This document shows positions 10,328 to 21,484 of a DNA stretch of 64,000 nt, in pieces. Within the stretch, counting starts at the first letter, position 1, and each line of letters opens with the position of its first letter. A program made the position numbers and the translations under genes. The notes beneath the pieces were generated by a model. The model was given only the letters and a program-made list of their open reading frames with translations. It did no database searches and was not told the origin of the DNA. This DNA comes from Candidatus Poribacteria bacterium (GTDB lineage Bacteria; Poribacteria; WGA-4E; WGA-3G). The stretch spans positions 1,376,001-1,440,000 of the forward strand of contig OZ219753.1 in assembly GCA_964291315.2 (NCBI GenBank), read 5' to 3'.

Positions 10328-11521
10328 ATGGCAGTTCAAATTGTTAAACCTCGAATACGCGGATTTATCTGTACTAACGCACACCCCGTCGGGTGTCAAA
10401 CAAACGTGTTAAATCAGATAAATGAGATAAAACACGGTATTCCGTACAAAGAAACCGGGATGAATGCACTTGTCATCGGGGCATCGACCGGATATGGGCT
10501 TGCCTCTCGTATTGCTTTGACATGGGCTTACGGTGCAAAGAGCCTTGGGATTCTCTATGAACGTCCTGCCGATAGTAGACGCACGGCAACAGCTGGCTAT
10601 TATAATACAGTGGCCTTCCATCAACAGGCCGCAGCAGATGGGTTTTCTGCCGATAGCCTCAACGGGGATGCGTTTGCTGATGAGATGAAAACTGAAACTA
10701 TTAAACGACTCAAGGCAGACTTCGGCAAAATAGACACGCTCGTCTACAGCATCGCTGCACCACGCAGAATTCATCCAAAAACGGGAGCATCACACCAGTC
10801 CGTTCTCAAGCCGATCGGCACCCCTTACACAGGAAAGACGATTGACCTGAATCGCGAAGTCATCACCCCGGTAACGATTGAACCCGCGTGTGAGCAGGAG
10901 ATCGCTGACACAATCTCCGTGATGGGCGGCGAAGACTTAGAAATGTGGGTTGAGGCATTAAACGAATCGAAATTGCTTGCACCAGAAGTGACGGTCGTTA
11001 CCTATACGTATATTGGCAGCTGCTTGACCTGGCCCATTTATCGAGATGGCACTATCGGCAAAGCAAAAGACGATTTGAAAATGCGGATGGACGCGCTTGA
11101 CAAACGACTCGCTAGCCAGCTCGGCGGTAGTGCCTATGTTTCTGTGAACAAGGCCGTCGTTACGCAAGCATCCGCGGCGATTCCCGTTGTGCCACTTTAC
11201 GTTAGTATCCTCTATGACATTATGAACGCCAAGGGCATCAACGAAGCACCAATTGAACAGATGAAACGGCTTTTCTCGGAGCATCTTGGACCAGAACTGA
11301 TACCTCAACTTGATGCGGATGGCTATATTCGACTCGATGACCGAGAATTGCAGCCTGAGGTAACCGATGCAGTAACCGAGCGGTGGGAATACATTAATAC
11401 CCGTAACTTCCATGAACTCTCCGATTACGCAGGTTTCAGACAACGCTTCCGAAACCTCTTCGGATTCGAGGTTAACGGCGTGGATTACGATGAGGCAGTT
11501 GAGACGGAATTGGTGTTTTAA
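10328..11521 (+). CDS. fabV: Enoyl-ACP / trans-2-enoyl-CoA reductase FabV
   Basis: RGFICTNAHPVGC, GASTGYGLASRI, YxxGTIGKAK, KAVVTQASAAIP. Confidence 0.92.
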   Translation: MAVQIVKPRIRGFICTNAHPVGCQTNVLNQINEIKHGIPYKETGMNALVIGASTGYGLASRIALTWAYGAKSLGILYERPADSRRTATAGYYNTVAFHQQAAADGFSADSLNGDAFADEMKTETIKRLKADFGKIDTLVYSIAAPRRIHPKTGASHQSVLKPIGTPYTGKTIDLNREVITPVTIEPACEQEIADTISVMGGEDLEMWVEALNESKLLAPEVTVVTYTYIGSCLTWPIYRDGTIGKAKDDLKMRMDALDKRLASQLGGSAYVSVNKAVVTQASAAIPVVPLYVSILYDIMNAKGINEAPIEQMKRLFSEHLGPELIPQLDADGYIRLDDRELQPEVTDAVTERWEYINTRNFHELSDYAGFRQRFRNLFGFEVNGVDYDEAVETELVF

Positions 11522-11667
11522 TTTCTGATCGCTATATAGAGCAGGCATCATGAAAATCAGTGGGAACTTCTAATCTTTACACGCCGAAGACGCAAAAGTA
11601 TAATTGACAACGAGAATCTCGGAAGAGATTTTTAATCTGTTTTTTTCAAAAAAGTAAGGAGAAACTT

Positions 11668-12396
11668 ATGTCGCAACCAATTCAGGTTACAGTCTGGAAC
11701 GAATTTAGACACGAAAAAACGAACGAGTTTATCCGTGGCATCTATCCAAACGGTATCCATGCTGCAATTGCCGATGGGCTCGATCAGGCTGGCGGTTTTG
11801 AAGTCCGCAGCGCAACTTTGGATGAACCCGAACACGGCTTAACCGACAATGTTCTCACAAACACCGATGTCTTAATCTGGTGGGGGCATGCCGCACACGC
11901 TGCTGTTGATGACGCGATTGCTGCCAAAGTTCGAGCACGCGTGTTAGATGGTATGGGGCTTATCGTTCTGCACTCTGCACACTATTCTAAACCATTCACC
12001 GGGTTGATGGGGACCTCGTGTAGTCTCAAATGGCGTGAGGCCGGTGAAAAAGAACGCCTCTGGGTAATTGAACACGGACACCCAATTGTAGAAGGTTTGG
12101 ACGAATGCTTTGAAATTGAGCGCACCGAAATGTATGGCGAACCCTTCGATATTCCTGAACCCGATACACTTATTTTTGTCAGTTGGTTCCCCGGCGGTGA
12201 AGTTTTCAGAAGTGGATGCTGTTATTATCGCGGCCGAGGTAAAATCTTCTATTTCCGCCCGGGTCATGAAACATATCCGATCTATTACGATGAGAACGTT
12301 CGGCAGGTTATAGCGAACGCCGCACGATGGGCGACACCGGGGAATGCACCAACCCCGATCTTTGGCAATGCCCAACCATTAGAACCCTTAGATTAG
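11668..12396 (+). CDS. thuA: ThuA-like (trehalose utilisation) protein
   Basis: [46 protein letters not shown]. Confidence 0.88.
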   Translation: MSQPIQVTVWNEFRHEKTNEFIRGIYPNGIHAAIADGLDQAGGFEVRSATLDEPEHGLTDNVLTNTDVLIWWGHAAHAAVDDAIAAKVRARVLDGMGLIVLHSAHYSKPFTGLMGTSCSLKWREAGEKERLWVIEHGHPIVEGLDECFEIERTEMYGEPFDIPEPDTLIFVSWFPGGEVFRSGCCYYRGRGKIFYFRPGHETYPIYYDENVRQVIANAARWATPGNAPTPIFGNAQPLEPLD

Positions 12397-12684
12397 GTTT
12401 TCCTGAACCGCCCATTTCACACGAGTGCTTGCTCTACAGACGGAAGGAACGCTAACAACTGAAACTATTGATGTTCCATCCGTCATGGGCCTCATCATTT
12501 TGAACATTAAACTGCTGCTTCTTTATCGGACATCCATTCATGTTTATTAGTGGACCTGTTTTCTCAGCTCTGTTGTTGGGTTTGCTGCGATGAGGGGGTC
12601 GGGGTTAAGCGTCAAAATTGCCAAACTGCTCAGAAGTCGGCATTTGCAAAGGCATCTTACAAAAGATGTTTCAAAAGGAAAAAA

Positions 12685-13410
12685 ATGATGTCAGATATGA
12701 AAGATAAACTCACGCAACTTCAGGAAAAAGGATTCATTTTAGTAAAAGGAGCGTTATCTCCAGAGGAAACGGAACATATCCGCCAGCGCGTTAATTATGC
12801 CCGCGAAATGGGATGGGAGGAAGGCCTGAACGCTGTCGGCAACATGTGGTTTGATACTCTCCTTGATAGGGAACCCGATACTTATGCCCCACTCGTCGGA
12901 CACCCGGGGGTCCGACCCTATTTGGAAGGCTTGATGGGCAAGCAGTGCCAGCTCCGGAGCCTACGGGCACACATTAATCCCGGGCCCTATCTCCAAGAAT
13001 GGCACATGGATTTTTACGGATATTGGGAAGAAAAACGATACGTCGAAGACCACCCGTTTGCCATGGCCCCGGTAGGGATTAATACAACCTTCTATTTACA
13101 AGACAACGACCCGGGGGAGGGACACCTCACATTTATCAAGGGCGGGCATCTGTCAGAACCACCACATCTCTATCCGTTAGATCGTCCTAAATTTGAAGCC
13201 TGGTGTGAAGCACAAGAGCATGTTGTCCTGCATCCGAAAGCCGGAGATTGCGTTGTATTCATTAACCACATTCCGCACCAAGGCGCGAAGGAGCGCGACG
13301 ATATGGAACGAAGCAACGTTGTATGCCATTATCAGGTAACCCCGATGTATGAAGGCGTTTGGCACGTCTCTCGCCCGCGCGGGTATCAAGGCACATTCCC
13401 GTTTGCTTAG
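12685..13410 (+). CDS. Phytanoyl-CoA dioxygenase family (2OG-Fe(II)) protein
   Basis: WHMD (HxD), GDCVVFINHIPHQG; likely start MMSDMK at 12685 after AAAAGG. Confidence 0.8.
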   Translation: MMSDMKDKLTQLQEKGFILVKGALSPEETEHIRQRVNYAREMGWEEGLNAVGNMWFDTLLDREPDTYAPLVGHPGVRPYLEGLMGKQCQLRSLRAHINPGPYLQEWHMDFYGYWEEKRYVEDHPFAMAPVGINTTFYLQDNDPGEGHLTFIKGGHLSEPPHLYPLDRPKFEAWCEAQEHVVLHPKAGDCVVFINHIPHQGAKERDDMERSNVVCHYQVTPMYEGVWHVSRPRGYQGTFPFA

Positions 13411-13610
13411 AAATATTTCAGTTTTTTAACGACAGATGTTTGTTGACCGGGTGTCCACGTTGCTTTTTACGACTGTGAGGACAGTGGACACTCATGCATC
13501 TAGCGTGTCGTATTGGCGATCCGCCAAATTGATTTCTGAACACATTCTTTTAATAACGTGCCAATTTGGCAGACATTCTGCAAGAATTTTGGAGGTTTTA
13601 CCAATTAATA

Positions 13611-13627
13611 TTGGCATAGATATTGCA
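13611..13627 (+). promoter_or_regulatory. sigma54 (-24/-12) promoter upstream of dnaK
   Basis: TTGGCATAGATATTGCA, GG-N10-GC spacing exact; second weaker copy TTGGCAGACATTCTGCA at 13566-13582. Confidence 0.65.
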
Positions 13628-13860
13628 CGTTATAGTAGAGTTCAGATGAGATTTCTATAGATTTATAAAGAGACGCTGCCTGCCCGCACGTTAAAATTCG
13701 TCAATATTCTACAATTTTATTCTCCAAGGGCGGCTGACGAAAAAGGGTATTTGGCGCAGTAAGACGCAGCCCCAACGAGGTAACATCTGTATAGAATTAT
13801 CTTTAATCTTAAAAAGGAATTATCCAAAGTCGAGTATATTCACGGAAAGGAGTATTTGAA

Positions 13861-15783
13861 ATGAGTAAAGTCATTGGAATTGATTTAGGCACAACAAATT
13901 CCTGTGTGGCGGTCTTGGAAAGTGGCGATGCTAAGGTCATTGAAAACTCTGAAGGAAATCGGACAACCCCCTCGGTCGTCGGTTTTACCAAAGAAGGGGA
14001 GCGCCCCGTCGGGCAAGTTGCGAAAAGACAAGCGATTACGAACCCACAAAATACAATCTTCTCCATTAAAAGATTCATGGGGCGAAAATATCAAGAGATC
14101 GGCGATGATGCCTCTCGAGTCCCTTACGAGTTGAAGTCCGACCAAAGTGGTGCTGTTGTCGTAAATATTGAAGGCAAAGACTATTCTCCGCCTGAGATTT
14201 CCGCCATGGTTTTGCGGAAAATGAAGGAAACCGCTGAGGCCTATCTCGGTGAGGAAGTTACACAAGCGGTTATTACCGTCCCCGCATACTTTAACGACTC
14301 CCAACGTCAGGCGACCGCAGATGCCGGGAAAATTGCCGGGTTAGAAGTTGAACGGATTATCAACGAACCTACCGCCGCATCCCTCGCTTACGGGCTCCAA
14401 AATCAAGGCGACAAGAAAATCGCTGTCTATGACCTCGGCGGCGGAACATTTGACATCTCTATCTTGGAAATCGGGGACGGTGTGTTTGAGGTGAAAAGCA
14501 CAAACGGCGATACACACCTCGGGGGCGATGACTTCGACCAAACTATTATCGACTGGATGGCACAAGAATTCCTCAGCAGCCAAGGCATTGATCTACGCAA
14601 GGATCAGATGGCACTGCAACGCCTAAAAGAGGCAGCGGAAACCGCAAAGTGTGAACTTTCTAGTACCCTGCAAACCGATATCAACTTACCTTTTATCACG
14701 GTTGACGCTAGCGGCCCGAAGCATCTAAACTTAACGCTCTCTCGCGCAAAACTTGAACAGATTACGGATTCCCTAGTTCAACGTTCTCTTGAACCCTGCC
14801 GCCGTGCCCTCGCTGATGCAGAGATGCAGCCTTCCGAAATTGACGAGGTCATCCTCGTTGGCGGGCAAACCCGCATGCCCAAAGTCCAACAGGCCGTGCA
14901 GGAACTCTTCGGTAGAGAACCACACAAAGGCGTCAATCCTGACGAGGTTGTCGCTATCGGCGCCGCTATTCAAGGCGGAGTGCTTGCAGGTGATGAAGAA
15001 GTCAAGGATATCCTCTTGTTGGATGTTACACCCCTCTCACTTGGCATCGAGACCCTCGGCGGAATGTTCACGCGTTTGATTGATAGGAATACAACCATTC
15101 CTACCAAGAAATCCAATGTATTCACAACGGCTGAAAATAACCAGACAGCTGTTGATGTGCATGTCCTCCAAGGCGAACGGGAGCAAGCGGTTTATAACAA
15201 AACTATTGGCCGGTTCCGATTGGGCGAATTGCCACCTGCCCCGAGAGGGGTACCGCAGATTGAGGTAACTTTTGATATTGATGCGAACGGTATACTCAAC
15301 GTCTCTGCTAAAGATACCGCAACTGGCAAGGAACAGAAGATCACTATTACCGCGTCCTCCGGACTCACAGATGCCGAAATCGAACAGATGGTAAAGGATG
15401 CCGAAACGCACGCCGAAGAGGATAAACAGAAACGAGAGGAGGTTGAGACGCGGAACCGGGCAGATTCCCTAGTTTACGAGACGGAGAAAAACCTCACCGA
15501 ATTGGGAGACAAGATAGACGATGCCTCCAAGGAAAAGGTAAATGCCGCCGTTGATCGGGTCAAGCAGGCATTAGAGGCAGACAATCCCACAGCAATTCAA
15601 TCCTCTACGGACGAGTTAACCCAAGTCTGGCACGAGGTTTCTCAACAGATATATCAACAGGCAGCAGAGACGGCTTCCGCTAACGATCCCGCTGGAGCCC
15701 CAGGGGCTGCATCCGCAGATAGTGATGTCGTTGACGCTGAGTATGAAGTTGTTAACGAAGACGAGAAAAAAGACCAGAAGTAA
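13861..15783 (+). CDS. dnaK: Chaperone DnaK (Hsp70)
   Basis: [50 protein letters not shown] tail. Confidence 0.99.
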   Translation: MSKVIGIDLGTTNSCVAVLESGDAKVIENSEGNRTTPSVVGFTKEGERPVGQVAKRQAITNPQNTIFSIKRFMGRKYQEIGDDASRVPYELKSDQSGAVVVNIEGKDYSPPEISAMVLRKMKETAEAYLGEEVTQAVITVPAYFNDSQRQATADAGKIAGLEVERIINEPTAASLAYGLQNQGDKKIAVYDLGGGTFDISILEIGDGVFEVKSTNGDTHLGGDDFDQTIIDWMAQEFLSSQGIDLRKDQMALQRLKEAAETAKCELSSTLQTDINLPFITVDASGPKHLNLTLSRAKLEQITDSLVQRSLEPCRRALADAEMQPSEIDEVILVGGQTRMPKVQQAVQELFGREPHKGVNPDEVVAIGAAIQGGVLAGDEEVKDILLLDVTPLSLGIETLGGMFTRLIDRNTTIPTKKSNVFTTAENNQTAVDVHVLQGEREQAVYNKTIGRFRLGELPPAPRGVPQIEVTFDIDANGILNVSAKDTATGKEQKITITASSGLTDAEIEQMVKDAETHAEEDKQKREEVETRNRADSLVYETEKNLTELGDKIDDASKEKVNAAVDRVKQALEADNPTAIQSSTDELTQVWHEVSQQIYQQAAETASANDPAGAPGAASADSDVVDAEYEVVNEDEKKDQK

Positions 15784-15813
15784 AGCGTAAGCTTTACACT
15801 TTAAAAGGTTTAC

Positions 15814-15861
15814 AGAGGGTGGTTATAACTCACATCATGTTATGTATCACCCTCTTTTTTT
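15814..15861 (+). terminator. Intrinsic terminator after dnaK
   Basis: AGAGGGTG...CACCCTCT stem followed by a T run. Confidence 0.75.
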
Positions 15862-15911
15862 ATTTAATTGTACTTCTGGAAAGCACGCAGACAAGGTTGC
15901 CAAAAAACCAG

Positions 15912-16838
15912 CTAATACCCTAACAACGCAATACCTTCCCGATAGGTTTGTGCGGAGTGCTGTAAGGAGCCGAGCTCGTCATCAGTCAGCTCAATTTCAA
16001 GAATCTCTTCTACGCCATTTCCGCCAAGTTTAATTGGAACTCCGATATAGAGGTTATCTATACCGTATTGTCCGGTGAGATGTGCGGAACAAGGCAACAG
16101 CCGTTTCTTATCCAAGATGATAGCTTCTGCCATTTGTGCCAATGAGGCACCCGCGGCGTAATATCCGCTCGTTTTGAGAAGATTAACGATCTCAGCACCG
16201 CCGTCCCGCGTGCGTTGTGCCATCGCTTCGATGCGCTCTTTGGGTATCAGCTGCGGGATCGGGATTCCGTTAACAGTGGTATAACGTGGAAGCGGCACCA
16301 TCGTGTCACCGTGTCCACCGAGGACGAGCGCGTGAATGTCTTCCACGGAGACCTCTAGTTCAAGAGAGATAAAGTAACGGAACCTCGCCGAGTCGAGCAC
16401 GCCTGCTTGGCCCACAACGCGCTCTGAGGGGAATCCTGAGACCTTCCACGCATGGTAGGTCATGATGTCCAACGGGTTGGTGAGCATCATAATGATACAG
16501 TCTGGCGACTGCTTCACAACATTTTCTGTGACGCTGCCGACGATGTTGGCATTCGTTTGCAACAAGTCTTCACGCGTCATCCCCGGCTTGCGTGGGGATC
16601 CTGATGTAATAATTACGAGATCGGAGCCTGCTGTTGCACTGTAATCCAAGTCCCCCTCAATCGCAGCATCAAACAGTTCTACGGGTCCCATCTGTGCCAT
16701 GTCCAATGCTTTTCCCTGGGGAACGCCGTCAACGATGTCTATCATAATGACATCTCCGAGCTGTTTCTGTGCGATCAGAAACGCCGCTGTTGCCCCGACG
16801 TTCCCCGCACCAATAACACTGATTTTTTTTCTTGCCAC
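15912..16838 (-). CDS. mdh: Malate dehydrogenase (LDH-like)
   Basis: IGAGNVG, RKPGMTREDL, LDSARF, GGHGDTMVP; likely GTG start at 16838 after GGAGG (ORF track start 16850). Confidence 0.95.
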   Translation of the reverse strand: MARKKISVIGAGNVGATAAFLIAQKQLGDVIMIDIVDGVPQGKALDMAQMGPVELFDAAIEGDLDYSATAGSDLVIITSGSPRKPGMTREDLLQTNANIVGSVTENVVKQSPDCIIMMLTNPLDIMTYHAWKVSGFPSERVVGQAGVLDSARFRYFISLELEVSVEDIHALVLGGHGDTMVPLPRYTTVNGIPIPQLIPKERIEAMAQRTRDGGAEIVNLLKTSGYYAAGASLAQMAEAIILDKKRLLPCSAHLTGQYGIDNLYIGVPIKLGGNGVEEILEIELTDDELGSLQHSAQTYREGIALLGY

Positions 16839-17133
16839 TTCTTCCTCCATTCTGAAAACGTACAGTTTTAATCTTTAGATTCACTGTATTAATTATACCC
16901 AGAAATCTGAAAATAATCAAGTTACCTATAGAAGCGATCTCCTAATCTTACGCCTTGTTCCTGTCTATCTACCTCACTCTTATCCTTCCTATTTTCCATT
17001 CGTTCGCTTCTTCTCGACTCCTTGAAAAAACGGAAATTGCTGTTTTTTTTATTTTTCTGAACCTTTTCGCGATAACTACTCCTCTGTGTCAAAACCTAAA
17101 CCGTGGGAAACTTTTATAGCTTCGCAGCGTATT

Positions 17134-17397
17134 TTATCTTATAAGTCCGGATAACCAAAACCCCAAGCAAAAAAGAAACGTAGTACCGAGGAGTATCATT
17201 GCATTACGTCTTACTCGAGGAGAGCTCGCTTTCCACGTACTCAGATAAATTCCTCCTAGGACTAGCAGTTGTCCGGTAAGTATAAAAATATCGACAAACA
17301 TATAGGGTAACCTGCCCCCGATTAACATAAGCATCGCTCCTAAAATCATCAAGCCTCCGCTTAATACCTTTCGTTTCCCTTGGATCCATTCTTTCAT
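17134..17397 (-). CDS. Small 3-TM hypothetical membrane protein
   Basis: AAGGAG RBS before MKEWIQGK at 17397; three hydrophobic segments. Confidence 0.55.
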   Translation of the reverse strand: MKEWIQGKRKVLSGGLMILGAMLMLIGGRLPYMFVDIFILTGQLLVLGGIYLSTWKASSPRVRRNAMILLGTTFLFCLGFWLSGLIR

Positions 17398-17811
17398 AAT
17401 ATTCTCCTTCAAAGACAGAGTCTTTATTTGTAAGTGGTCATACAAATGTAATTTAGGAAACCAATTATATTCATGGTTAGATCAAATTTTGAGTTCAGCC
17501 TACTTTGTTACCAAAGTTTAGACAATTTTAAGAGTTTCCGTATACAGGTTGGCTTGAAGATAACATCCTAATCGAAGGCGATATCGAAAGACGAGAAAAT
17601 TCAACTTCTCAAGAAAAACGAACACCCAAAATTTAATAAATAGTAATATAGGTAGCTTAAATCCGTCTTTTAACGAGCCTGCGATTTCGTAGAAAGTTTT
17701 AAAAAAACACAGAGATTCTCGCAAAGGATAAGCACATTGGAGCCCTGCTTGCACAATGTGTGCAATGACCGGCACTCACCCCTTCTGTAATTAATCATTA
17801 TCGCTTGACAA

Positions 17812-17845
17812 GTTTTCACCAAAATCTCGCGATTTTGGTGAAAAC
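17812..17845. repeat. Perfect 15-bp inverted repeat with 4-nt loop
   Basis: GTTTTCACCAAAATC-TCGC-GATTTTGGTGAAAAC. Confidence 0.9.
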
Positions 17846-18094
17846 ACTTTACTTAATACCAAATAGCTCCCAAAGAAGTTTCAGAATAGTTTTGATCCAG
17901 CTAGAAATAGCGTTTTTTTCTTCTCCATTGTAGATACAACATTTGAGAGGGCAATTTAGAGAAAAGGTTCAAAAAACATAGAAATTCCTCGCCTCACAAC
18001 TGACAGAACGTTTTCCAACCGCCAAAACCCCTACTAATTTCTATGCTATGATCCAAGGTTTTCAGATTCAGTCTTACAGTATGAGAAAAAATAG

Positions 18095-19024
18095 TTAAGC
18101 GTGGCGGGGCCCCAGCGCGTAGGCAGGAGTGTCACCGAGATTGTCAATCAGCCAACCGCGTAAAGGCACATCATCTTCGGAAGGAACGTAGCGTCCGTTG
18201 TTTCTCGTAGCGGCACCGAGGAGCTGCCGACGGATCGGATCGCACCGGTCGTAGAGCGGTTCAACCGTCATCTCGTCTTTCGGACGAATCCAGCGGTAGC
18301 CATAACCGTAGAAGAGTGCCTTGCGGGTGATTTGGGAGTGATTCGGACTCCGCGAGTGCCAAAGCCTTCTATCGAACAGCACTGCCGTTCCAGGCTCCAC
18401 ACAGACCGGCATGGCATCATCGGGCACATCATCCGCAGCCGCTTCGCGCGGATCACGACTCATCTCGGACACGGGCACCGACATATCTGACTTGAGATGG
18501 CTCCCGGGGCGGATATAGAAGTTACCGCGGCCGGGTTCAGAGACATCCGTGAGGAAATATGCCACCTTCAGTGACAAACGCGGACGCGGATTCGTTTCCA
18601 TCTCAAGGTTAACCCGCCCACTGTCTTGATGCCACTCCAACCACCCGTCACACTCTTCTGCATCTGGGGCCGCTGGCGGTTTGACGTGCATGTGGGCGTG
18701 ATAGAGGTAGATATTCCATCCCAAAATGCCCCACACTTTCGGTAACGTCGTCGGGAGATCGACAAGGTTTAGGAGTGAGTCGTCGCTACCTAGGAAATCT
18801 GACCAGCCCCAGGGCGAACCGGGTGTCGCTCTACCGGAAGCTAGAGCTCTCTTATGCAAGGTGTCTACAGCTTTTATGAGTTGTTCGCGCATCTCGCTGG
18901 AGAAGGCGTTTGGGACATACAAATAACCATGTTCCTCAAAAAAGAGGTGCTCCTCTTCTGTGATGAGATGGGCAAGATACTTTTCGGGTGAAGCCGCCAT
19001 GCCCATATGAAGAAGTTCTTTCAT
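18095..19024 (-). CDS. Phytanoyl-CoA dioxygenase family (EctD-like) 2OG-Fe(II) oxygenase
   Basis: WHQD, LKVAYFLTD, PGSH, GTAVLFDRRLWH. Confidence 0.85.
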   Translation of the reverse strand: MKELLHMGMAASPEKYLAHLITEEEHLFFEEHGYLYVPNAFSSEMREQLIKAVDTLHKRALASGRATPGSPWGWSDFLGSDDSLLNLVDLPTTLPKVWGILGWNIYLYHAHMHVKPPAAPDAEECDGWLEWHQDSGRVNLEMETNPRPRLSLKVAYFLTDVSEPGRGNFYIRPGSHLKSDMSVPVSEMSRDPREAAADDVPDDAMPVCVEPGTAVLFDRRLWHSRSPNHSQITRKALFYGYGYRWIRPKDEMTVEPLYDRCDPIRRQLLGAATRNNGRYVPSEDDVPLRGWLIDNLGDTPAYALGPRHA

Positions 19025-19112
19025 AGTCCATGCTCCTTAGTCACACAAGCGTTGCATTTTCTAATAGAGATCCGAACGAGGATATTGGAGTTAGAAGACC
19101 GTCCGACAATGA

Positions 19113-19976
19113 TTACCGCACATACCGTGAAAGATATTCGCGGGAGCGGCGTAAGCCGTCAGACTCTCCCTCCCACGTTCGCCAATAGCGGTAATCTTCC
19201 AATTCTACGCTGACGATCCCGTCAAAACCTTCATCTTCTAAACGTTGTACCACTTTCAGCCAATCTACAATGCCGTCTCCAGGAATAGTGTAACGCCACC
19301 AATCTTCGCCAAAGCCGCGTGCGTTACGAAAACTGGGCCCCAAATTACCGTGCAAATAGAGAGCCTCTTCATCAAAAGCCGTGTCTTTGCCGTGCACATG
19401 TTTTACATAGGACGCAAATTCATCTAAGGCGCGGAGGCAGTCGATACCGATTCTGACGAGGTGGGATGGATCGTAGTTAAGTCCTAAACCGGGAGATGGA
19501 CACGCCTCAAACATCGCCCGCCACATTTCCGGCGTGCAACCGAGAGCCGGGTAAACAGGGCCAGGCCCGGGCCAACCTTCAATAGCAATCGTCACATCCT
19601 TAGATGCCGCAAACTCAGCGATCGGTGGGATAGTGTCCTTCCAAATCTCAAAGTTTTTTGCACGACCAAGACTCGCATCTTCAGGGACAAAGACACAGAA
19701 CATGATATGCACACCGTTGTCTGCAGCGGCTTCAATCGCGGCTTTTGCTGCTGCAGCACCAGATTTCTGTTTGGACATCTTAGGACTGAGGAGTTCTCTA
19801 ACACCCGGAAGATCAGCCGTGCCGATGACGAGTCCGGCGTCCCTTGCAGTTTGGACAATTTCCGGGGTGGTTTCTCCAATATCAATAGCTTCAAACCCGT
19901 TATCTGCACACCACTTACAGAAATCTGCAAAAGGCAGTTGACGGGCTGCACCGGGAATACGTAATCCAATTTTCAT
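19113..19976 (-). CDS. Sugar phosphate isomerase/epimerase (xylose-isomerase-like TIM barrel)
   Basis: IAIEGWP, GLNYDPSH, HVHGKD, PGDGIVDW, SVELED. Confidence 0.88.
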   Translation of the reverse strand: MKIGLRIPGAARQLPFADFCKWCADNGFEAIDIGETTPEIVQTARDAGLVIGTADLPGVRELLSPKMSKQKSGAAAAKAAIEAAADNGVHIMFCVFVPEDASLGRAKNFEIWKDTIPPIAEFAASKDVTIAIEGWPGPGPVYPALGCTPEMWRAMFEACPSPGLGLNYDPSHLVRIGIDCLRALDEFASYVKHVHGKDTAFDEEALYLHGNLGPSFRNARGFGEDWWRYTIPGDGIVDWLKVVQRLEDEGFDGIVSVELEDYRYWRTWEGESDGLRRSREYLSRYVR

Positions 19977-20140
19977 GACATATCCTTTTATAAAATTTAT
20001 CTGTTAATGCAGGTAGTAATTGACGAGTTAGGTTTCGCTGCCCTTTTCGCTTGAAGGTTTAATTTAGCCTTCTGTATAAAAACCGGAGTGTCGGTGTATG
20101 ACCGCTCAACCTGATAATTGTAAGCTAACAACCGACAGCC

Positions 20141-21361
20141 TTAAAATCCCATCAGACCGCAGCATCTTCGACAGACAGGCATTGGCCCATCATTGCTTAG
20201 GGACTGCCGGAATTTCAGCGCCTTCTGATTGTTCCACATATCGACAACTCTGTCTGTTTTGATGTTGCCGATGATGTAATCGTGGTAATCACGGCAGAGA
20301 CTAACATCACCGTTGCTATCAATTTCCATTGTCATGTAGATGCTAACACACTGGTTGTACCCAAAAGTTTGACGGTGATCGGTATAATAATCTTGAATGT
20401 CGCTAGGCGTGTTGAGCCGTGGCATCATAATAGGCGGGCACTTCTGCTGCTTTTCGGAAAGGCTTTCCATCTCTTCAAATCGGTCAAGAATGACCCCGTG
20501 GTCGAAGTCCTTCCATGTGCCTATCCAGCCGTAGTGTGTCTGTGGCTTGAAACCGAAGCGGCTCTCAAAATCTTCCGTGTGTTCCTGCGCAGATTCCGAA
20601 TCTATCCACCAGGTGAGATAAAAGATCTGGGCATCAGCATATTGACTGGTGAACTTATAGAGGTCTACAACAACGTCTATATTATACATTGTAACGCAGC
20701 TGAGCGGGATAATATAAGGAAACTTTATGTTCCGTTTCTCTTTTTCTGCGCTGAGCGTTTCTAACGCAGCCTTGACATCTTTGAAGTTGTCGTAGTTTGG
20801 CGTTAAACCGGGGCGTTGTGTATTGTGAATCTCCTCGTTCGGCCCATCAACGCTCAAGTAGACAATTTTACAAGTTTCTAGAATATCTTCGGCACGTCTC
20901 GCGATGTGTGTTGCGTTGCTCACAAGCGATATAGGCATTCCGCGCTCTTTGATGTAGTGAAGCAACTCTGTAATCCCAGGGTAAAGCATCGGTTCGCCGC
21001 CCCAGATATACCACACCGGAGACCAGCCCGCTTCCACAATCTGATCTACAAGATTCTTATAGACCTCAAGCGGAACCTCGCGATTCTTGAGTTCCTTCAT
21101 CGACTTCCCGAGTAGGTAGCCGTTATCTCCCCACTGTCCACAAGAATGGCAACGGAGATTACACATATCGGTAATGCGGAGGCTTACCAATTCGATGGCA
21201 TCGCCTCTGCCGTGTTTGGCACCGAGCGGATGTCGCCAATTGAAACTTTCCTTGGCGAGCTGATAGCCAACGAACTTTCTGGAAGTGCGCCAGTCTTCCG
21301 TTATAGCAGTGGCGAGTTCATTGACAAAAAAACGGGGTGAGATTCGACTACGTAGTGCCAT
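20141..21361 (-). CDS. Radical SAM protein with SPASM/Twitch domain
   Basis: CNLRCHSC, WGGEP, C-terminal NQC...GDVSLC...IIGNI...CRRCC; likely start MALRSR at 21361 after AAAGGAG. Confidence 0.88.
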   Translation of the reverse strand: MALRSRISPRFFVNELATAITEDWRTSRKFVGYQLAKESFNWRHPLGAKHGRGDAIELVSLRITDMCNLRCHSCGQWGDNGYLLGKSMKELKNREVPLEVYKNLVDQIVEAGWSPVWYIWGGEPMLYPGITELLHYIKERGMPISLVSNATHIARRAEDILETCKIVYLSVDGPNEEIHNTQRPGLTPNYDNFKDVKAALETLSAEKEKRNIKFPYIIPLSCVTMYNIDVVVDLYKFTSQYADAQIFYLTWWIDSESAQEHTEDFESRFGFKPQTHYGWIGTWKDFDHGVILDRFEEMESLSEKQQKCPPIMMPRLNTPSDIQDYYTDHRQTFGYNQCVSIYMTMEIDSNGDVSLCRDYHDYIIGNIKTDRVVDMWNNQKALKFRQSLSNDGPMPVCRRCCGLMGF

Positions 21362-21484
21362 CAATTCTCCTTTGTTTGTAGCAGTCAGCAATTAGAAGTT
21401 AGAGACCCGTTGCGGTAAGCAAAATAATTACAACACCTACAACGAAGTATTGGAAGTACAACCCCTCTTACAACCGATGACCGT

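Noticed and set aside
12439-12484. Hairpin after thuA as ncRNA or terminator
   Set aside because: GACGGA.GGAAC/GTTCC.TCCGTC stem has a long loop and no U tract; insufficient support
13410-13860. CIRCE/HrcA operator upstream of dnaK
   Set aside because: TTAGCACTC-N9-GAGTGCTAA not present
13885-15411. Antisense ORFs within dnaK
   Set aside because: Shadow frames of a conserved gene; no RBS or motifs
17450-18090. ORF 17518-17775 or a pseudogene remnant
   Set aside because: No RBS or recognisable motif; short plus-strand fragments are bounded by stops and cannot be assigned
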